A DNA stretch of 63,318 nt, filler included, from 6 parts of 6 records of this genome joined end to end with filler, not necessarily neighbours in it; one strand, 5' to 3'; positions 51,005 through 61,715 are shown, counted from the first letter of the whole stretch. Numbers and translations are program-made. Notes: generated from the letters alone by a model not told the origin.

Positions 51005-52219
51005 ATGATCACCGAGGGTAAAAGAATCGGCCGGCTCCTGAAGGAGATGCGGCTGGAAAGAGGATTTTCCCAAAGCCATGTGGCCGGGAGCCTTTCCATC
51101 CCCATCCGCACCTATCAGAGCTGGGAAAACGGCTATACATCCAATGTGGATAATCTGATAGCCCTTTGCGGCTTCTACGGAATCTCTCCCGTGGAGCTCT
51201 TTTCCGAGTGGGGAGGGCATGAGCCGCCTCAGGCGGAGGAGCTTTCAGCGGGAAACCGGGATCTGGATCCCGCTGATTTTATGGACAGGGTTTTTGAGGG
51301 GAGGGCCGCGGATGAGCTGTACGAGCTCTATCCCGCTTTCTTTCTGGACCGCAGGCGCCCTTCCGAAGAGAGGCTCTACCGCCTGTTGCTGGATATCTAC
51401 TTTTCCCGACCCGACCTTCTGAGTTCCCGCTTCCCGGGCCGCTGCGGGGAGGCGGAGGCGGCCATCCGGGAACGGTACTCCCTGGATGAGGATGCCGTTA
51501 CGGTGGTGGACAGCGGACGCATCGCCCTCCCTCTTGTGTGTGAGATGCTTCTGGCCTTCCCCGGCTCCCGGATGATCGCGGGCTGGGCGGAGGCAAAGCC
51601 CGGATTCCGCATGGGGGTGAGCAACGGGTACACGGTGGCCAGGATTCTGGACCAGCTGGGAAGGGGGAAGGCCAGGAATCTGAGCCTCTTCCCCATGAAC
51701 TTCACAAACACGCCCGTGGACTTCCCCATCTCATCCAACTCGATCATTTCATCCTTCCTTTACAGGAACGAAGGCTATGGCAATGTCATGGACACCCCCG
51801 GCGAGATGGAGGTCTACGGCGCCATGCTTCTGGCCGATGCGGTGCTCCTGGGGGCCGGAAGCTTCGCCCGGGAGGGTCTGTATGAGAAGATGATCAGCTC
51901 CACCCTGGGAAGCAGCGTTATGGAAGCCATAAGGGAGGCCGGGGGCGTCGGGGACCTGAACTACCATCTGATCGACGGCGGGGGAGAACCCGTTCCCATG
52001 CCCCGGGTCGTGGGCGATATCGGTCATCCGGAAAACAGTTCACTGGTCAAGGCCATCGATCTGCCCCTCCTGAGACAGAAGGCCGACAGGGGATGTCATG
52101 TCCTGGCGGCCGCCGCCGGGGAGTGCAAGGCGCAGACCATCCGACTTTCCCTGGAGAAGGGCTATATCAATGCGCTCCTGGCGGACCGCCGTCTGGCGGA
52201 TGAGCTGCTGAAGGGCTGA
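51005..52219 (+). CDS. Regulator with an XRE-type HTH and a SorC/DeoR-type sugar-binding domain
   Basis: LKEMRLERGFSQSHVA...YQSWENG; C-terminal GVSNGYTV, GGVGDLNYHLIDGGG, AAGECKAQTI, GYINALL. Confidence 0.8.
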   Translation: MITEGKRIGRLLKEMRLERGFSQSHVAGSLSIPIRTYQSWENGYTSNVDNLIALCGFYGISPVELFSEWGGHEPPQAEELSAGNRDLDPADFMDRVFEGRAADELYELYPAFFLDRRRPSEERLYRLLLDIYFSRPDLLSSRFPGRCGEAEAAIRERYSLDEDAVTVVDSGRIALPLVCEMLLAFPGSRMIAGWAEAKPGFRMGVSNGYTVARILDQLGRGKARNLSLFPMNFTNTPVDFPISSNSIISSFLYRNEGYGNVMDTPGEMEVYGAMLLADAVLLGAGSFAREGLYEKMISSTLGSSVMEAIREAGGVGDLNYHLIDGGGEPVPMPRVVGDIGHPENSSLVKAIDLPLLRQKADRGCHVLAAAAGECKAQTIRLSLEKGYINALLADRRLADELLKG

Positions 52220-52237
52220 TGGAAGATCCCAGGGCCG

Positions 52238-52933
52238 TCAGGGGATAAAGCGATAGCCCCTGCCCCGGACGGTCTGGATATGCCGGGGCAGCTCCGACTC
52301 TCCCAGCTTCTGACGGAGCTTGGCGATATGGACGTCTACTGTTCTGGTGCTTACCTCGCTCTCGTAGCCCCAGACCTCATTGAGGATTTTGTCCCGGCTC
52401 AGCATCATATTCGGATTGAGAGTCAGATATTCCAGCAGGGCGAACTCCCTGGCGTGGAGCTCTATGGCCTTCCCGGAGCTGCTGAGCACTCCCTTTGTAC
52501 GGTCCAGCCTGAACCTGCCGAAACAGAGGGTTTCAGCACTCTTCTCCTGAACCCGAAGGGCCGAGCGTCTGAGAAGGGCTTCCATCCGGGCCAGAAGAAT
52601 CCCCATATCGAAGGGTTTGCCCATATAGTCGTCGGCTCCCTGCTTCAGCCCTACAATGGTATCCAGGTTGCCGTTCCGGGCGGTCAGCATCAGAATGGGC
52701 GTCTCTATCCCCGCCTTTCTCAGATTCTGACAGACTGAGAAGCCGTCCCTGCCCGGGAGCATCAGATCCAGAAGGATCAGGTCGTAATACTCTGTACGGG
52801 CCTCTTCCTCCCCCGATATGCCGTCCCCCCTGATCACGGGTTCATAGCCTTCGGCGGCCAAGCGGTCTTCCAGGGTGATCTGCAGGCCCTCTTCGTCTTC
52901 GATTATGAGAACTTTCTTATTCATCCCGCTCAT
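52238..52933 (-). CDS. OmpR-family response regulator
   Basis: LIIEDE, LLDLMLPG, GADDYMGKPF, RTVDVHIAKLRQK, TVRGRGY. Confidence 0.95.
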   Translation of the reverse strand: MSGMNKKVLIIEDEEGLQITLEDRLAAEGYEPVIRGDGISGEEEARTEYYDLILLDLMLPGRDGFSVCQNLRKAGIETPILMLTARNGNLDTIVGLKQGADDYMGKPFDMGILLARMEALLRRSALRVQEKSAETLCFGRFRLDRTKGVLSSSGKAIELHAREFALLEYLTLNPNMMLSRDKILNEVWGYESEVSTRTVDVHIAKLRQKLGESELPRHIQTVRGRGYRFIP

Positions 52934-54701
52934 CCCCCGTACGGATGGAAGGGGAGTAGGGCAGGGTGGCGCTGAAGCGGCAGCCCTGCTGTTTTTTTCC
53001 GTCCGTCCTCATATAGGGACTCTCAAGCGTGAGCTCTCCTCCGGCGGCCTTCGTCTTCTTCTCCACGATAAACAGACCCAGACCGCTGCCCTTATCCTGG
53101 TTCTGCCGGCTGACCCTGTCCCTGTAGAAGGGCTGGAAGACCTTCTTCTGTTCACCCGGGGAGATACCGCGGCCTTCGTCTTCCACCGTGATCCTCAGCC
53201 TTTCGGGTACGGAGTAGTGGACCTTTATTCTCAGGCATCCCCCACTCCCTTCCGCATAGGCATGATTCAGGGCGTTCATGATCAGATTGTTCAGGATCAG
53301 GCGGATCAGCTCGGGATCTCCCGTACCGCGGGAAGGCAGGCCCTCCCGGTCCCAGTGCAGGGAGACGCCCCGTTCAGAGGCCACCGTATCCACCATACCC
53401 CTCAGCTCATCCAGAAGGGAAGGCAGCTCCGTCTCCACAGGCTCTGAAGGCTCCGGGCTGCCCTCCATGCTGGAGAACATCAGGATCTCTTCTATCATGG
53501 TCGAGAGCCGCAGGACCTGATCCCGGATGAGCCGGCCGTACTGCGGGAGGCGTTCGGAAGTGATAATCCCTTTGCACAGGTTATCCGATGCGGATCGGAT
53601 AACCGTAAGAGGCGTACGCAGTTCATGGGTCATGGAGGCCACGAATTCCTTCTCCTTCTCCCTGAGCTGTTTGAGCCGGCTCTGCTGTATCAGCAGGATC
53701 AGGAAAATCGCCCCTATTCCCAGCAGAAGGAGCATGCTCTGGAGCCAGTTCAGGGCATTCCTTCTCTCTGTCTCCAGGTAAAAAGGTCCGTCGGGCAGAC
53801 CGGCCAGCAGTATCTGCTCCCTCTCGTTCAGAAAGGGTCTGTCCCGTTTGAATAAGAAGTTGTCCGGTATGTCCCGATCCTTCACTATTTCCCTGTCTCC
53901 GGGGATCTCATCCCTCAAGAGCACCGGCACGGAAAGGTACAGGAGGGAGGGGACTCTAATCCTCATGTCCCTGTCTTCGTTGTATTTCCTGCCGCTGAGA
54001 GCCGCCAGGGGAGAGAAGCGATAGTTCCTCACAGTCAGTCTTTCATCCGGAAACCTGCCATTCTCTATGTGATCATCAGGTTCCGAAACAGTCCATTCCA
54101 GCTCAAAACCGGAAAGGACCTCTCTCATGGCGGGATCGACGTAATGGCTGTGAAACGCAGTCACGTCCATTTCCGCCTGTATGTAATATTGTTCCCGATG
54201 GTCGGGATTGTAGAGGAATATAAGAATACCGGGGGTCTCCGGACCCCTTCCCAGCAGCATCATGTCTCCCTCTTTCAGGTTGAGCGCCCTGTCTTCCGCA
54301 ATGTCCCGAAGAGTCTGTTCCGAGCTTGTCCATACGCCGTCGTAGCGATGTACTCTGTCCGGTTCATTCAGGGCTCTGTAGCCCATTCCCGAAATCATAT
54401 GGGGGATCTCCCCCTCCTGACTGAAAAGGCTCATGGCCTCTTCCATGGTTCTGCGCAGATCACCCTCGGTTTCCGTGTTCAGTTGCTTCAGTACGGGGAT
54501 GATCAGGGAAAGCCTCTGGAGTTCCCTCATGCAGCTTCTGAAAGCGGCGGATTCCAGGGTCTTCTGCTGCGTGATGATCTCTTCATAGCTTTTCATCCCG
54601 TAAAAACGGAAGAGCATGACTCCCACGGCGCTCAGCAGGATCAGCAGGAGGGTCAGAAGGAGCGGATTCACCGGAAATCGGAGGGATTTCATCATTCTCA
54701 T
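52917..54701 (-). CDS. Membrane sensor histidine kinase
   Basis: Two TM segments, THELRTPL, NLIMNA, DEGRGI, GSGLGL. Confidence 0.92.
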   Translation of the reverse strand: MRMMKSLRFPVNPLLLTLLLILLSAVGVMLFRFYGMKSYEEIITQQKTLESAAFRSCMRELQRLSLIIPVLKQLNTETEGDLRRTMEEAMSLFSQEGEIPHMISGMGYRALNEPDRVHRYDGVWTSSEQTLRDIAEDRALNLKEGDMMLLGRGPETPGILIFLYNPDHREQYYIQAEMDVTAFHSHYVDPAMREVLSGFELEWTVSEPDDHIENGRFPDERLTVRNYRFSPLAALSGRKYNEDRDMRIRVPSLLYLSVPVLLRDEIPGDREIVKDRDIPDNFLFKRDRPFLNEREQILLAGLPDGPFYLETERRNALNWLQSMLLLLGIGAIFLILLIQQSRLKQLREKEKEFVASMTHELRTPLTVIRSASDNLCKGIITSERLPQYGRLIRDQVLRLSTMIEEILMFSSMEGSPEPSEPVETELPSLLDELRGMVDTVASERGVSLHWDREGLPSRGTGDPELIRLILNNLIMNALNHAYAEGSGGCLRIKVHYSVPERLRITVEDEGRGISPGEQKKVFQPFYRDRVSRQNQDKGSGLGLFIVEKKTKAAGGELTLESPYMRTDGKKQQGCRFSATLPYSPSIRTGDERDE

Positions 54702-54763
54702 ACCCCTACCATAGCGTCATTTATCCTTCTGCCGCCAGTTGTTTTTCTTGGTCCGGCGATGAT

Positions 54764-54800
54764 TTTACATAGTTTACATTCCTTTTACAGAGGCTTCACC
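54764..54800 (+). promoter_or_regulatory. TTTACA direct repeats (probable OmpR-type binding site)
   Basis: TTTACA at 54764, 54773 and 54784, degenerate TTCACC at 54795. Confidence 0.5.
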
Positions 54801-54845
54801 AAGAGGGCGCGCGGCGGGATTAGTGTAGTGTCAGGAGGACCCTCC

Positions 54846-56138
54846 ATGGTTGAAGAGAGAAAGATAATACAGATAGAAGAGACGGGGCCGAAACAGACGG
54901 TATCGGGAAAGAGGAAGACCCTCCGGATCCTGCTGATCCTTATCTTCCTGGCTGGTGGAATATTCGCCTGGTTCTGGTTCCACGGGGCTGCGGAGGCGGT
55001 CGCTGTCAAAGATCCCGATACGGCCCAGGTCAGGAAGGGACGCTTCGTCTCCACCACCGAGGCCAGCGGCACGGTGGTCCTTCCCCGGCAGGTTGAGATC
55101 GTGAGTCCCGAGGAGGGCTATACCCGGAACCTTATGGTGGAGGAGGGCAGCGAGGTCGAAGCGGGAGAGGTGCTTGTGGAGATTGAGGTTCCCGATCTGA
55201 AGGACGATCTGGACGAGGTCGTTGTGGACCTGGCCCAGGCCCGGATAGAGCTGGAGAACCTGGAGCACGACTATGACTATGAGGTCGAGTCATTGGAGAG
55301 GACCATCCTCCGTCTGAAAGACGATATCGCCGAGGCCGAAGAGGACGCGGCGACCATGAAGGCCCTCGCCGAGCTCAAAAGCTCCCGGGAGAGCGACTAT
55401 GAGGACGCCCTGGATCTTCTGGAATCGCTGGGAGAGGATCTTGAGGATGCTCAGTCCGGTCTTGAATCAACCCGCAGTTCCAAAGTCCTCGCCCTCAGGA
55501 AGCAGCAGGCCGCCATCAACCAGCTGGAGGTGGACTACGAGATCGTGCTGGGGGATATAGAGGAGAACAGGATCAAGAGCCCCATTGCCGGGGAGGTGCT
55601 GGAGATTAACGATTATCTGTATATCCCCGGCAGTCTGATCGAGCAGTCCGACTCCCTCTTTACCGTGGCCGACCGCTCGGAGGTCTATATGGATTTCGAT
55701 GTGTATGAGCAGTATGTCGGCCTTCTCGAGCTTGGCGGCGGTATGACCGTTACCGTGGGAACAAGCACCATGGAGGCCGAGATCACCAGAATCGGTAAGG
55801 TGGCCACTATGGACACGGACGGTCTTTCCGCCATGATCGAGGTCCGGGCCGTTCCTCTTACTGAGCAGACCCTGACACCCGGCGCCTCCGCCGTGGCGAC
55901 CATTACATTGAGCGTGCAGGATGATGTTCTCACCCTGCCGCGGGGCTCCTGGCTGACCACGGGGGGACAGGAGTATGTCTACATAGTCGACGGGAACAGG
56001 GCCGTTAAGACCGAGGTGGTCCTCGGAGAGATTCAGGGTACCAGCGTGGAGATCCTAAGCGGTCTCAGGGCCGGAGACGAGGTCATCACCGGCAGCTATC
56101 AGAACTATATAGATCAGGACGAGATCGTCCTGAAATAA
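54846..56138 (+). CDS. Periplasmic adaptor / membrane fusion protein (MacA/HlyD-like)
   Basis: N-terminal TM, VEEGSEVEAGEVL, coiled coil, IKSPIAGEV, EILSGLRAGDEVI. Confidence 0.9.
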   Translation: MVEERKIIQIEETGPKQTVSGKRKTLRILLILIFLAGGIFAWFWFHGAAEAVAVKDPDTAQVRKGRFVSTTEASGTVVLPRQVEIVSPEEGYTRNLMVEEGSEVEAGEVLVEIEVPDLKDDLDEVVVDLAQARIELENLEHDYDYEVESLERTILRLKDDIAEAEEDAATMKALAELKSSRESDYEDALDLLESLGEDLEDAQSGLESTRSSKVLALRKQQAAINQLEVDYEIVLGDIEENRIKSPIAGEVLEINDYLYIPGSLIEQSDSLFTVADRSEVYMDFDVYEQYVGLLELGGGMTVTVGTSTMEAEITRIGKVATMDTDGLSAMIEVRAVPLTEQTLTPGASAVATITLSVQDDVLTLPRGSWLTTGGQEYVYIVDGNRAVKTEVVLGEIQGTSVEILSGLRAGDEVITGSYQNYIDQDEIVLK

Positions 56139-56218
56139 CCGCGGGACTCGGGGGAGCGGAAATCATGCTAAGTGGAAATCCCGCTGGACGCCCCGGATCA
56201 GAAACGAGGAGTATTTAT

Positions 56219-56911
56219 ATGATCAAATTGCTAGATATCTGTAAGAACTATGACCTGGGCGATGTTCAGGTGAACGCTCTCAGCGAGGTTTCGCTGGACA
56301 TCGGGCGGGGCGAGTATATCGCCATAATGGGTCCCTCCGGTTCCGGGAAGTCCACCCTGATGCACATCATGGGCATCCTGGACAGCATATCATCGGGACA
56401 GTACTTTCTGGAGGACTACGATATCAGTTCCCTTCCCGACAGGGAGCAGGCCCGTATCCGGAACAGCCACTTCGGATTTATCTTTCAGAGCTTCAATCTC
56501 TTTCCCGAACTGAGCGCCATGGAGAACGTCATGCTTCCCATGAGCTATGCCGGCGTGCCCTATCAGAAGAGGAAGGCCAGGGCGGCGGAGCTTCTGGACG
56601 AGGTGGGGCTCTCCCACAGGATGCAGCATCTGCCGACCATGATGAGCGGGGGAGAGCAGCAGAGGGTGGCCATCGCCCGCTCTCTCTCCAACGATCCTGA
56701 CCTTATCCTGGCGGACGAGCCGACGGGTAACCTTCCCTCCGACAAGGGGGAGGAGATCATGCAGATCCTGGAGAGATTCAACAGCCGGGGTGTGACGGTA
56801 GTCATGGTAACCCACAATCCCGATCAGGGCAGGCGGGCCCGCCGGGTGATCAACCTCCGGGACGGAGCGCTACAGGCGGAGAGCGGGGCGAGGGAGGATC
56901 TGTATGTTTGA
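56219..56911 (+). CDS. ABC ATPase (MacB/LolD-like)
   Basis: [31 protein letters not shown]. Confidence 0.94.
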   Translation: MIKLLDICKNYDLGDVQVNALSEVSLDIGRGEYIAIMGPSGSGKSTLMHIMGILDSISSGQYFLEDYDISSLPDREQARIRNSHFGFIFQSFNLFPELSAMENVMLPMSYAGVPYQKRKARAAELLDEVGLSHRMQHLPTMMSGGEQQRVAIARSLSNDPDLILADEPTGNLPSDKGEEIMQILERFNSRGVTVVMVTHNPDQGRRARRVINLRDGALQAESGAREDLYV

Positions 56912-58134
56912 CGAGGCTCTCAAGATCGTTACGCGCCGCTCCCTGAACAGGGGCCTGGAGACGGGGCTCCTCGTTATCGCCGTGGCCCTGGGGATCGGAG
57001 CCGCTACAGCGGGGATGGCCCTTCTGGGGAATACCCTGAAGAGTTCGGCGGAGATGCTGGAGTCTCCCGAATACAAGGAAATCGTCGTCCGGACCGCCGG
57101 GGACGGTAAGGATATGGCCGCGCCCGTCTCCCTCAGGGCCGTGGAGGAGAACGCCGTTCTGACATCTTCCGATCTGGAGGCGGGAGCGCTCGTCCCCGCC
57201 GTGGCCTACTCCTATATAAAGAATCACAGCCGCATGGAGTTCATCAACGCAGAGTATGTGGTCGAAGAGGAGCAGAAGCAGGCCATGAGAGACAGGATTG
57301 CACCCGGCGGTGCCGAGGGCGGCGCGGACGGTGAAGCCCTCCCTCCGCCGCCCGGGGATAACGGGTTCCGCAACGCCGGCATGGAGGATCTTGAAAACTT
57401 CGCCCTGGATTCGGATATCCTGATCAGCGAGCTGGACGACGTTATCGGATATGAGGTGAGCCCCTCCTTCTTCGACGCGTGGGATCTGACGGCCGCGTCG
57501 GGCAGCCTGTTCAGTTCGGCTGACCTTGACGGCACCAGCTCTCTGGCCGCTATCGGTCATGACCTGGCCGCGCTTCTAACTGAAAACGGACAGGGCGATA
57601 TGGACGCGCTTGTCGGGAAAAAGCTCCTCACCCGGGACGGCCTGATTACGGTGATCGGTATTCTGGAGCCGACGGGGGATCTCAATGACGATCTCTTCTT
57701 CTCTCCCTATACAAGCGACGCCGGACTGAACGGTTTCCGCAGGATGTTCATGAACACAGAGCTTCGCTTTACGGTGGATGATCCTGAGGAGCTGGACGCT
57801 GCGGCGATCCTGCTTCAGAACTGGTTTGACAGTCGTTTCGGCGAGGATCAGATCACCCTTTCCAATCCCCGGTCCCAGGCCCTGCAGCTGATCAGCCGTA
57901 ACACGGGAGTGAGCCTTCTGATCCTCTTCCTCTCGCTGGCGGGACTCTTCATCGCGGCGGTCAATGTTTCCAATATCCTGATGAGCAGGGCCATGAGGAT
58001 GAAAAGGCATGTGGGCATTCTTATGGCCCTCGGTTCCTCGCGGCAGGGAATCCTCAGGCTCTTCGCCTGGGAGGCGGCGGGCATCACCCTCGCGGGCGCC
58101 CTTCTGGGAGTCCTTCTCTCCCTTCCATTGAACC
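56904..58134 (+). CDS. ABC permease (MacB/FtsX-like, 3' truncated)
   Basis: N-terminal TM, periplasmic domain, NVSNILM, VGILMALGS. Confidence 0.88.
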
Positions 58135-58234
58135 NNNNNNNNNNNNNNNNNNNNNNNNNNNNNNNNNNNNNNNNNNNNTTAATTAATTAANNNNNNNNNN
58201 NNNNNNNNNNNNNNNNNNNNNNNNNNNNNNNNNN
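58135..58234. other. Artificial contig-join spacer
   Basis: N run containing TTAATTAATTAA. Confidence 0.98.
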
Positions 58235-58558
58235 GGTAAACGCCCCTTTTTCATGCCCGAACAACTCACTTTCAAGCAATTCTCCCGGAATCGCACCACA
58301 GTTGATGATGACGATGGGACCGTCGCTCCTGAAACTGTTTCTGTGAATGGCCCTGGCGATAAGTTCCTTGCCGGTGCCGCTCTCCCCGGTGATGAGCACC
58401 GAGGAGTCGGACACAGAAACCTTTTTGACCACCTTGAGAAGATCTTTTATCGCCTTGCTGGCGCCTGCGATATCATCGGCAACAAACCCGCGCGTGTCAG
58501 GCTCGTTTTCCATCTCCTCCCCAACGACCCTCTCCTTGGTGGAAGCCCCGATCATCAT
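58235..58558 (-). CDS. Sigma54-dependent activator (AAA+; 3' truncated; no N-terminal regulatory domain)
   Basis: [33 protein letters not shown]. Confidence 0.92.
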
Positions 58559-58929
58559 TTCAGAATCTTCTCTAGCTTTTCCGATATTGCCTCGGCCGTA
58601 AACGGCTTGACAACATAGTTTGACACACCCGCCTGAACAGCCTCGATCACGTTCTGCTTCTGGGCTTCGGCCGTAACCATGAGAAACGGTGTCCGTTTAT
58701 ACTTATCGCTGGCCCGGACCGATCTCAAAAGCTCCAGCCCGGTCATCTTAGGCATGTTCCAGTCGGAAATGATAAGATCGACACTCTCTCGTTCCAGCAC
58801 TTCAAGTGCCGTGGTGCCGTCATCCGCCTCCAGAAGATTCTTAAAACCGATCTGCTTTAAAATATTCTTCAATATCCTGCGCATGGTTGCAAAGTCGTCC
58901 ACAATCAGAACCTTTATGGATGTATCCAT
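58555..58929 (-). CDS. cheY: Chemotaxis response regulator CheY
   Basis: [31 protein letters not shown]. Confidence 0.95.
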   Translation of the reverse strand: MDTSIKVLIVDDFATMRRILKNILKQIGFKNLLEADDGTTALEVLERESVDLIISDWNMPKMTGLELLRSVRASDKYKRTPFLMVTAEAQKQNVIEAVQAGVSNYVVKPFTAEAISEKLEKILK

Positions 58930-58966
58930 TGCCTAAAATCTCCTCCTTTATGATTACAGCGTTCCA

Positions 58967-59428
58967 CTATCGTTCAAAGCAGACCTCAATGGTAAAACTG
59001 CCCTCCCCCACAAAAAAGGGAATGGCAATCCTGGGACCTTCGGTATAATGGGAGATGCTGTGATTTTTCCCTGTAACAACGGTAGGAATGGCAGCCTTGA
59101 AGACCTTCCCCTGCTCTTCAAGCTCTTTTCTTGCCTGGCCTGAAATCATGTTGGTCAACTCTCCAACGGCATCGGCGATCTCGTTGTTGAGCTCCTCCAT
59201 CTTTTCCCCGAACATGTTTGAAACAATGTTCAGGATACACTCTTCCTGAAAAGTCACGGAGATGGTACCATTGGCAACGCCGGTGAGCCCGATGATGCCG
59301 GTCACATCCCCCTTTGCCACATTATCCTTTTTCAGGTACGGACTCCCCGCTTCCACAGACACAAAAGCCATGGTTTCCAGGACATTGTTTGTCGCATTGA
59401 TAAAAGGATTTATCAGTTTGACATCCAT
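58967..59428 (-). CDS. cheX: CheY-P phosphatase CheX
   Basis: INPFI, DVTGIIGLTG, GELTNMISG, PTVVTG. Confidence 0.92.
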   Translation of the reverse strand: MDVKLINPFINATNNVLETMAFVSVEAGSPYLKKDNVAKGDVTGIIGLTGVANGTISVTFQEECILNIVSNMFGEKMEELNNEIADAVGELTNMISGQARKELEEQGKVFKAAIPTVVTGKNHSISHYTEGPRIAIPFFVGEGSFTIEVCFER

Positions 59429-59492
59429 ATCAAGCCTTCCCCTGGTCCAAATGTTAAAAATCCGTAAACCAAATTCAATCCCCGTTCATCCG

Positions 59493-59825
59493 TCAACTAT
59501 TGTAAAGCACTATATTCTTCAAATGGGTGTAGCTGTCCACGTCCATGGACTCAAAGGAGAGCCCAAGGCCCGTATCAACCACCCGTGCGACCTTTGCCTT
59601 CATGGCAAGCTCGATATCCCCGATCCCTCCGGAGAGAAAAATTTTCACATTACACTCAGCGCCGACATCGAGCTTCCTATCGGTATTGACAAAGACGCCC
59701 TTAAGACTCAGGTCTTTTGAACTTCCCGTTGCCTCAATTTCCGCATCACTTGCCATCAACACAATCCGGGTTGAAAAGTGAACCCGGGTATGCCTGCGCC
59801 TCTCCTGATTATCGGTGATCTCCAT
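59493..59825 (-). CDS. PilZ domain protein
   Basis: ERRRHTR (RxxxR) and DLSLKG (DxSxxG). Confidence 0.9.
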   Translation of the reverse strand: MEITDNQERRRHTRVHFSTRIVLMASDAEIEATGSSKDLSLKGVFVNTDRKLDVGAECNVKIFLSGGIGDIELAMKAKVARVVDTGLGLSFESMDVDSYTHLKNIVLYNS

Positions 59826-59933
59826 GGCACCTCTACCCCAATCTTATTTTTTTTTTTAACAAGTAAACACCATGTCGAACCCAGGCTACCACACTTTATA
59901 GCCCTTCACAAGCCATTAAAGCCCCTTTGACGC

Positions 59934-61430
59934 CTATACCCGGTCGGCGATTTTCAGGAAAGCGTCCACCGCCTCGGGATCGAACTGGGTGCCTTTTCCA
60001 TCCTTGATAATCGCCAACACCTTCTGCTTTTCCATCCGCTTCCGATAGGCTCGGTCCGAAGCCATGGCATCAAACACATCCGCCACGGAAAGAATCCTGG
60101 AAAGCTTGGGAATGGCATCGCCCTTCAATCCGTCAGGATATCCCGTGCCGTCATAACGCTCATGGTGATGCCGGATGATCTCCTGCTCCCGGTCCCACAA
60201 TCCGAGTTTTCCCACGATATCGGCACCGATGGCGGGATGCTCCTTGATCTTCTCATACTCCCCATTGGTGAGCCGCCCCGGCTTCAGCAGGATATCATCC
60301 CGGATACCGATCTTGCCGACATCGTGGAGGTGGCCCGCAAAGCTGAGGATGTCCAGCTCTTCCTGCTCGCACGCCATCTCTTTGCCGATCATGTGGGCGA
60401 TCTCCGCCACCCGGGTGGAGTGTTTTCGCGTATAGGGATCCCTGGCCTCAAGGGCTGCGACAAAAGCGTAGAGGGTCGAAAAAAGATTGTCATAGATGTT
60501 CTCGTAAAGGGCAATGTTCTCGATGGCAGACGCCGCCTTCTGGGTGATGAAATTCATATAATAAACGTCTTTATCGCCGAACTGACGCCCCCCGCTCAAA
60601 ACAGATGCGGTGACCACCCCAAAGGTTTTTTCACGGATTTTCAGGGGAACCACCATGAAGGAACGGATATTATCGGAAAGTCCGTTTTTTCCGTTATTCT
60701 GAAAAACAAGGCAGGGTTTATCATCCTGGATCACCCCGAGAAAAAGCTCCCTTGCCCCCTGGGAAACCTCCTCCTCAGCATGGGTGTTCAAACCGGAACG
60801 GGCAATGGAGACAAAGGAGTCGTCCGACTCCGTATAGATATAAAAGACCGCTTCATCGGCCTTGACCACCTCCTGGCTCAACGCCACCACCTTGTTGAAA
60901 ATCCCGTGGCTGGAATCTGAACTGGAAAAATCCTCCATGATCCTGTTCAGGGTATTGACCTCGTCGACCCTGGCAATGAGCTCGTCATTCAGGGCTTTGA
61001 GGCGTTCCTGGCGTTCCACCTCCTCCCTCAGGATGAGGTTCTCGACAAAAAGCCCCCGTTCCCGGACAATCCTGCGATACGAAAGTTCCATCTGCTCCAG
61101 GTTCACCGGTTTGACAAGGAAATCCACCACACCGTTTTTCAAGGTTCGGATGGTGTTGTCCAAAGAGGGGTAACCGGTCATGACGACCACGGGGAGGGTG
61201 CTGTCGAAGGTTCTTATCTGCTCGGCAAGCTCCAGACCGTCCATTTCCGGCATGTTGATGTCGGTAAAGCAGCACCCGATCTTGACCCGCTTGATGAGGT
61301 CGATGGCCTCGACACCATTTCTCGCCGTATATACCTTATATCCCTTGCGTTCGAAATACTCTTCGGAAATCTCCAGTATTCCCTCTTCATCGTCCACCAC
61401 AAGGATTGTATTCTTACTGTTATCGGTCAT
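59934..61430 (-). CDS. REC-GAF-HD-GYP cyclic di-GMP phosphodiesterase
   Basis: N-terminal REC (TDINMP), GAF-like middle region, LHDVGKIG, HHERYDGTGYPDG, VADVFDAM. Confidence 0.92.
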   Translation of the reverse strand: MTDNSKNTILVVDDEEGILEISEEYFERKGYKVYTARNGVEAIDLIKRVKIGCCFTDINMPEMDGLELAEQIRTFDSTLPVVVMTGYPSLDNTIRTLKNGVVDFLVKPVNLEQMELSYRRIVRERGLFVENLILREEVERQERLKALNDELIARVDEVNTLNRIMEDFSSSDSSHGIFNKVVALSQEVVKADEAVFYIYTESDDSFVSIARSGLNTHAEEEVSQGARELFLGVIQDDKPCLVFQNNGKNGLSDNIRSFMVVPLKIREKTFGVVTASVLSGGRQFGDKDVYYMNFITQKAASAIENIALYENIYDNLFSTLYAFVAALEARDPYTRKHSTRVAEIAHMIGKEMACEQEELDILSFAGHLHDVGKIGIRDDILLKPGRLTNGEYEKIKEHPAIGADIVGKLGLWDREQEIIRHHHERYDGTGYPDGLKGDAIPKLSRILSVADVFDAMASDRAYRKRMEKQKVLAIIKDGKGTQFDPEAVDAFLKIADRV

Positions 61431-61599
61431 TCCGCGTCATCCACAACCTTCAAGAATTGCTGTTTCGATTCATTTTGAGCCTCATACTAAACCATTTCCT
61501 TTTCCAATGCAAAATAAATTAACCCCTCCTTATATAGGCTTATCCTGATCGGCCGTTACCGGCAGGCGCTTTAATTTCAAGGTTTATCCGGAAGGATAA

Positions 61600-61671
61600 A
61601 GAATATATTTTGGCCAAACATATTATCAACAGAACTATATTCTTGACTTTACCCGCTACGACAAATATACT
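61600..61671 (+). promoter_or_regulatory. Sigma70 promoter with Lrp-type sites
   Basis: TTGACT(61643)-N17-TATACT(61666); AGAACTATATTCT (61631) and AGAATATATTTTG (61600). Confidence 0.55.
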
Positions 61672-61715
61672 TTAGCAAGTATCACTTCTTAACCAGATAA
61701 ACCACAGAGGACACC

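Noticed and set aside
54069-54845. N-terminal extension on the efflux adaptor
   Set aside because: It is antisense to the histidine kinase; the ATG at 54846 has an AGGAGG ribosome site.
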